Assembly (NCBI RefSeq): GCF_018977255.1
Contig: NW_024704765.1
Location: 1,426,001-1,490,000, forward strand
Length of the DNA stretch: 64,000 bases
Direction of reading: 5' to 3'
DNA from: Callorhinchus milii
Taxonomy: Eukaryota
Positions 57,901 to 64,000 of this stretch are shown here, one piece after another; position 1 is the stretch's first letter, and each line of letters starts with the position of its first letter. The position numbers and the translations under genes were made by a program. Under the pieces are notes generated by a model. That model did not search any database, was not told where the DNA came from, and saw only the letters and a list, made by a program, of their open reading frames with translations.

Positions 57901-58717
57901 TTCCTCCTTAACAGGTTGTGCAACATTTAGCACAGTTGGTAGCTCTCTCACCTCTGAGGCAAAAGGTTGTGGGTTCAATCCCCACATCAGGTCTTTGAGT
58001 TGCACAGTCCAGGCTGATACTCCAGCGCAGTGCTGGGGGAGGCCTACGATGTTGGAGGTGCCGATGGGAAAATGACCAAAGAGGTAGCACTTGAGATGAA
58101 TGTTGAAGGAGGCAAGGGATTCAGGGATGGAGTTCTAGAGAGTGGCGACAAAGAGGCTGAAGCCCTGACAACTGATGGTGGGATGGGCAGGGTAGGTAGG
58201 GTGGGGGATGTAAAGTCAATTGACTGTATATTTGGTGGGCAAAATGTATGCTTTAGATGGGGTAAAACGTGAGAGGTTATTTCCATTGATCAGATAGTCT
58301 GTAACAACAGGATGTGCACCAAATGCAAAAAGGGGAAGAAAACAAAATAAACCAAACAAGATTTGTAGAATAATAGAAGTTGTTTTGATGCAATGCAATG
58401 TGGAATATCTGACCACAAATACCTGTTCAACTGCCGTAAAAATCATTTAATAGGGAACTGGATAATTGCTTGAGAAAAATAATATTAAAGGATACTTGGA
58501 AAGAACAGGTGAGTGGGATTAGAGTAGAGAGCTCCAGTAGGGGAGTGAGCACCAGCACAGACACGATGGGGAGAGAGTAGGGAATGAGGTTAGAGTAGAG
58601 AGCTTCAGTGGGGGGGCACGAGCTATGATTGATGTTTCTCACTGACAAGTTTTTCTTTCACATTTCAGAACCACCTTTAAAAAGTCGATGACTGCCAATG
58701 GGGAGCAGTATTTGTAG
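51968..58717 (+). CDS. CLDN19: Claudin-19, exons 51968-~52190 (3' end in N gap), 55077-55241, 56058-56142, 56963-57109, 58669-58717 (~222 aa)
   Basis: [81 protein letters not shown] and GGSFLCC are near-identical to recalled human CLDN19. Exons 2 and 3 have the classic claudin sizes of 165 and 85 nt. The final exon (tttcag|A ACC ACC TTT...GAG CAG TAT TTG TAG) gives ...[17 protein letters not shown]; this last exon is less certain. The gene is downstream of P3H1 on the same strand, as in human. Confidence 0.92.
52188..53126. other. Assembly gap (N run); smaller gaps at 15158-15182 and 51453-51606
   Basis: Runs of N next to G-rich repeats. This gap hides the CLDN19 exon 1 donor. Confidence 0.99.
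55297..55610 (-). mobile_element. CR1 LINE 3' fragment
   Basis: AGAACATAAGAATTAGGAGCAGGAG...GATCATGGCTGATC is the reverse complement of the CR1 3'UTR seen at ~33730-33800. Confidence 0.8.
56629..56862 (+). mobile_element. tRNA-derived SINE with internal deletion
   Basis: Head and tail of the family; core missing. Confidence 0.75.
57340..57808 (-). mobile_element. L2 LINE 3' fragment in CLDN19 intron 4
   Basis: Encodes [10 protein letters not shown]...[30 protein letters not shown]. Confidence 0.85.
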
Positions 58718-58935
58718 GTCAGCATCAACCAGAGGAGTTTGCAATCTCCAAAGAAGCAATAGAGTTTATTCTCTATCCTCTAATGAGAAAGTCAATGGAC
58801 TTTCTTCACATTAGCAACCGTGAAACATCAATGTATTCTATGTGCTCATTAAACGTGTACTTAGCTCCGAGTAAGGTGTGTAGACGTGACCTAAACTAAA
58901 CTTAGCATTGTCCTTATATCCCCTCCTCCTTATAT

Positions 58936-59320
58936 GTGGAGTCCTGTATCTTAGAGATTAGAGCACCCGTCTCGCAAGCGAGAGGAACTGGGATCAATTC
59001 CCAGCATGGAGAAACTTTGGACAAGTTTCCTTACTCCACACGCCTCTGTTTACCTAGCAGTAAGTAGGAACCTGGTTGTTAGTCGATTGGTGGATCGCTT
59101 TTCGGGGTAATCTTTTCAAAATAAATAAAAATAATAATTTGGTCACTCAATCCACGACTGTTTTTGTAAGACGTTGCTGTGCGCAATTGGCTGCTGCGGT
59201 TCACCCACAAAATATCCAGTCAATTCACTTTACAGTGTTAGGGTTAGGGTTGTGAAGCGCTTTGAGGCATCTCGAAGACATGATAAGGCACTGTATCAAA
59301 TGCAAGGATTATTATTATAA
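58936..59320 (+). mobile_element. Full-length tRNA-derived SINE
   Basis: Head, core and (ATT)n tail, in the probable CLDN19 3'UTR. Confidence 0.85.
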
Positions 59321-61485
59321 TAATGCAAGTGCCTAGAGATACTGTGTAGATTCATCATCCGTGTGTGCTGCCCATTGTAATATTTCTGTACACTGTCTGT
59401 TGTGAACTCGCGCTATTTACCGGAACCTGGAGAGAAGGAACGTTTTCTTTTAATAAATGTAAAAAAATATTTCTCTGGGTACTCGAGGACATCAGAAACT
59501 TTGAGCTCCTGGGCACGCTAAGCTGACACCACCACCAACAAAAACTGGAATTTATATAACACCCATCATGTAAAATAACATCTTGGAGCAAATACAAACA
59601 CGGGATGATGTGGGGAGGGGAGGGGGGGACAGAGGTAAGTGACCATAGGCACAATCGAAGATGGAGGTGATCAGATCGCATTTAAAGATTGATAGAGAAG
59701 AGGTGAGGAGAAGGTGATGGGGACGGCTTCTGCCTTTACATGTAAACTGCAGAAAACTCAGGCTCATTCCTGACCTTGATAGGAATATAGCAGCAGGAAG
59801 AAGCTATTCAGTCCCTCAAGCCTATCCCACCACTTTCCAAAATCACAACTGATCAACAAATCATTGCTGTCTGGCAGACAGACAGTAACACTCCAGCGCA
59901 GTGCTGAGGGAGCGCGGAGAAATGAGACCTTCATTGAAGTCCTAGCTGTGCCTGTTAGGGGGGCGTTAAAGATCTAGTCGAAAGAGAAGGGAATTTCTCT
60001 CTCCCGGTGTCTTGGCCAACATTCCCCGACGTACAACTGGTCACTCGCTTCATGGCTGTTTGTGGGACATTGCTGTATGAAAATGGCCTGTCACCTTCAC
60101 CTACAAATTGATAGGGACTCGATCTGTATTTTCTGGCTTTTTCTTGGACTTTCATCCCCTTTTGAATTGTTTAATTCACATTCATGTGAGGGGATGGGGT
60201 CAGGGGGAGGGAGAGGAAATCCATGCCAGAGCCTCGTATACCTCAGTGTACATACTACAACAACAACTTGCATTTATACAGCACCATTCACGCAAGCTAA
60301 CGTCTCAGCACGGCACCGAGATGGGGGGGAGGGGGGTGGTGACCGTAGGCACGGTCGAAGAGGAAGATCGAAGAGGAAGGTCTTCAGGTGCAATCTGAAG
60401 ATGGTGAAGGAGGCGAGTTGGAGGGATTGAGGGAGAGTTCCATAGTTTTGGGGTGCAGTGGCTGAATATAGAGCAAAGCTCCCTCTACACTGTGCCCACA
60501 CTCCCAGGTCAGCAACAGCACGGGTTAGAGACAGAACAAAACTGTCCGTCAAAATCTGGTATAAATCTGTTTTTATTCTAGTCACTATCAAAGCACCATT
60601 TAAAGTTTGACAAAAAATAAACGTAGATGAAATGTAAAGATAATTGGGATTATGAAACATATACATTGTTTAAAACTATCACAGAAGGTGAGCGTCAGAA
60701 ACAAAACCAAGAAACACCAACAGCTGAACAGCAGAGATCTGAAGGCATTTTGTTAAAAGATATAGAAAGGGAAATTTTGGAGATTTCTAAACAAAGATAT
60801 TAAAACTCACCACAGATTACGTTGTACAGAAGAACTTCCTCTTCGATCAGTGACTAACCCCCCCCACCCCCTTCCCTCCCACTGTCAAGTGCTCTGGGAC
60901 GCTATCCTGCGCGAGGGACGCAATATAAATGCAAGTTGTTGTTGAATTTAAGACTCTGCTTCGGGTGCATCAAACACCCCTTGAAATCCTCAAACGTTAG
61001 CGGGAAACTTGTGAACTCGTTAACCTCGCCCTGTGCAATTGACAATTTGAAGTTTATTTTTACTTTGTTTTTTGTGAGTGTTTTTGTGACGCACAGGAGG
61101 GAAGGGATGATGATGGGGGGGAAGGATTAAATCCAGCGTTTACCAGCTGCCAAGCCAATATTTCCGGAACTACATTACATTTTACGGGTCTCTGACTGCA
61201 ACAGAGGGGGTATAACAAATTAATTAGTGTTTTTGGCAATTGATTACACAATAAAATCTCATGTCACTTAATTATAATGTTTCCTGAATACCAAGAGAAG
61301 AGGGAATCCAAATATTTAACATTAGCCCTTATTCCATCGATGTTTATTGTGCTCTGAAGAATAATTTGTGGCCAGCATCTTCAAAGGGATTTGTCGGCTG
61401 TTAATGAGGTTTGATTTAATTTGGGTTGGTTCGTGGTGTTGGTTGGTTGCTGTTGGTTTACAACGGTCCTGACTCCTGCTCAGCA

Positions 61486-63381
61486 ATGATCCTTATGGTC
61501 CAAATCCTAGCCTTCAGCCTGGCTCTGCTCTCTACTCTCTTCCTCATAGTAGCGACCTGGACAGATTGCTGGATGGTGAACTCAGATGACAGTTTAGAGG
61601 TGAGTCTTTGTCTTTGACTCCTTACTTGTTGAGCCCGGCTGACACTCGCCAATAATGGGTGTGAATCTCGTTTCAGCATGAAGATACACTCTAAACATTC
61701 AGTGTGTTATCGGCAGGTCAGTCAGAAGTGCCGGGGTCTGTGGTGGGAATGTGTTACCAATAACGTGGATGGGATCAGGACTTGTGACCAATATGACTCC
61801 ATATTAGCCGAACATCCATGTGAGTACACCGTGTCATCACTGAGCGTGCGTAAGCCTCTGTTCCCAGGCAGCATTAATAATAACAATAATCTGGTATTTG
61901 ATACTGCGCCTCATCATATGTTTGAAACATCTCAAAGTGCTTCACACAATACAACAACAACAACAAGATTCCATTTATAGAGCGCCTTTCACGTCGGGAG
62001 GACGTCCCAATAGACTGTAAAGGGAATTGACTGTACATTTTGTGAGCGAATTGGCAGCCAATTGCACAGCAGCATCCCACAAACAGTCGTGGATTGAGTG
62101 ACCAATTAATAGTATTCTTTTTTATTGAAAGAATTATTACACTCATTTGTTTCCTGTAAAATGCAGACATAGAGTGCGACACTTAATATGATAATTATCA
62201 CTGGCAAAAACTTTGACCCTAACTGCCTTTAACTACAAAATACACAGTGACTACACTTCGCAGTAAAATCCTGTAAAGCGCTTTGAGAGGTCCTCCTGAA
62301 GTGTAAGACGCTGCATCAAATGGTGTTCACTCCCAAAGTCAACAGTTGAAGAAACCAGTTTCCAAATTAACAGTGAACCGCAAAATTCTTACAATTTCCT
62401 TTTTTTAAAATAAATACTGTTGTGGAATCTTTAAAGTCCGTCCGAAAATTGGCAAGCTAGGTCAGTTTAACGTCTCACCCAAAGGATGAACTTCTGCCAA
62501 TAATAATAATAATGATCCTTGCATTTGATACAGCGTTTTTCACGTCTTCTCAACGTCTCAAAGCGCTTCACAGAATATATTGTAAAGTGAATTGACTGTA
62601 TATTTGTGGGGAAACGTGGGGACCAATTGCGCACAGCAGCGTCACACAAACAGTCATGGATTGAATAATGTATAGGAATCGGTTGTTTGAACATACTCAT
62701 ATCTTCAAGCAAGCATATATCAAAACTAAGGCAAATATTTAATTAAACATATTACATTCAGAATGATTCAATATAATAATCCTTGCATTTAATATGGCGC
62801 CTTATCACGTCTTTGAGATGTTTCAAAGCGCTTCACAAAACATATTGTAAAGCAGATTCACTGTATATTTTGTGAACAAAACTCGGCAGCCAATGCCAAG
62901 TCCCGGGGGAGCTGACCACAACCTTCTGACCCAGAGACAAATGCTCTCTTGTTATCAAGTGGGAGAAACTCCCTTCTCTTTTTGAGTCGTGTCATAGGAT
63001 TATTAACGTCCAACAACAATGAACAACAAATGACATTTTTAAATGGCCACTTTCATATCAGGAGGACGTCCCAAGGCGCTGGGCAGTCACGGATTTGGAC
63101 CCGAACTGGGGGTTGGGATCAAGAGGGATGGAGGGCAGAAAGAGGTGGGAGAGTGACCAAAACCAATTTGGGTTGATGTGGTGACTATTTTCGGCCCGGT
63201 GTCTTCCCCTCTGCAGTTAAGATCGTGCTGACACGTGCTCTGATGATCACCTCTGATATCCTGACGGGCTTCGGGTTGATTGTCCTGATCCTGGGTTTGG
63301 AATGTGTGAAGATCCTGAAAGACGAACCTCAGGTTAAGCTGAGGATCTGTTACGTGGCCGGGTTCATCCTCGGAATGGGGG
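61486..63381 (+). CDS. CLDN16: Claudin-16-like (paracellin-1 family), partial: exons 61486-61599, 61717-61819, 63217-63381; remaining exons lie beyond the window
   Basis: [38 protein letters not shown]|[35 protein letters not shown]|[19 protein letters not shown]...[24 protein letters not shown] closely matches recalled human CLDN16 ([56 protein letters not shown]). Exons are 114/103/165 nt with canonical GT-AG sites and no stops. Orthologue versus paralogue is unresolved. Confidence 0.88.
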
Positions 63382-64000
63382 GTAAGTCCTGTCCCAGGAA
63401 CAAGCTGATGTTCTCTCCTAACATGGCTCCAAGGAAGTACGAGGAGGTTTGTCCCTCATTGTTAGGAAAGTTCTGGTGCCCGTGATTATAAGGGCACAGA
63501 GAATTAATCCAGAGGAGATCAACAAGAATGATCCCCAGTGTTAGATGGATGAGCTGTGAGGAACAACGAGGTAAGACAGGGCTCTTTAGCCTTCAAAGGA
63601 GACTTTAGAGATAATAATAATATTTTTTGCATTTTATACAGGGCCTTATCACATCTTCAAGACGTCTCAAAGTTCTTCACAGAATTTACTGCAAAACATA
63701 GAGACTCCATGCATTGTGGGCAAAATGCGGCAGCCAATTGCGCACTGCAGAGTCCCACAAACAGTCATTGATTGAGTGACCAAATTATTATTATTATTTT
63801 TATTTTTTTAAGGGATTATTACCCCTGGAAAAGTGTCTAAAATGGTAAATGGGATTGAGAAAGTAAACACAGAACAATACTGTTAGATATCTATATAAGC
63901 CGATGGTACAATCTTAAAGGGGGTGAAGGAACAGAGAGACCTGGGGTTCATATCAGTAAATCTTTGAAGGTGGCCGGACAGGGAGATAAAGCTGTTAAAA

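Noticed and set aside
59237-59250. TTAGGG x2 telomere-like motif inside a SINE
   Set aside because: Only two units, too short to call an interstitial telomeric sequence.

Overview
Vertebrate genomic DNA, very probably a cartilaginous fish and possibly a holocephalan. This is inferred from the tRNA-head/Deu-domain/L2-tail SINEs, CR1 and L2 LINE fragments and Penelope-like inverted repeats. Five spliced protein-coding genes can be reconstructed by hand: AP5B1 (+, 2 coding exons, ~928 aa), C1orf50/DUF2452 (-, 5 exons, 184 aa, one GC-AG intron), P3H1/LEPRE1 (+, 15 coding exons, ~777 aa, ending KQEL), CLDN19 (+, 5 exons, end of exon 1 lost in an N gap) and a CLDN16-like gene (+, exons 1-3, truncated by the window edge). 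C1orf50-P3H1-CLDN19 is the conserved human 1p34 block. The most notable observation is an apparently intact CLDN16-family gene in tandem about 2.8 kb downstream of CLDN19. In mammals these partner subunits of the renal paracellular Mg2+/Ca2+ pathway are on different chromosomes, so this is probably a retained whole-genome-duplication paralogue. CLDN19 also shows a candidate three-way C-terminal (PDZ-motif) splice switch. G-rich minisatellites switch strand at the two putative bidirectional promoters. Most ORFs in the supplied track are artefacts of repeats, antisense frames or N gaps. All homology calls are from recalled sequences, not database searches.
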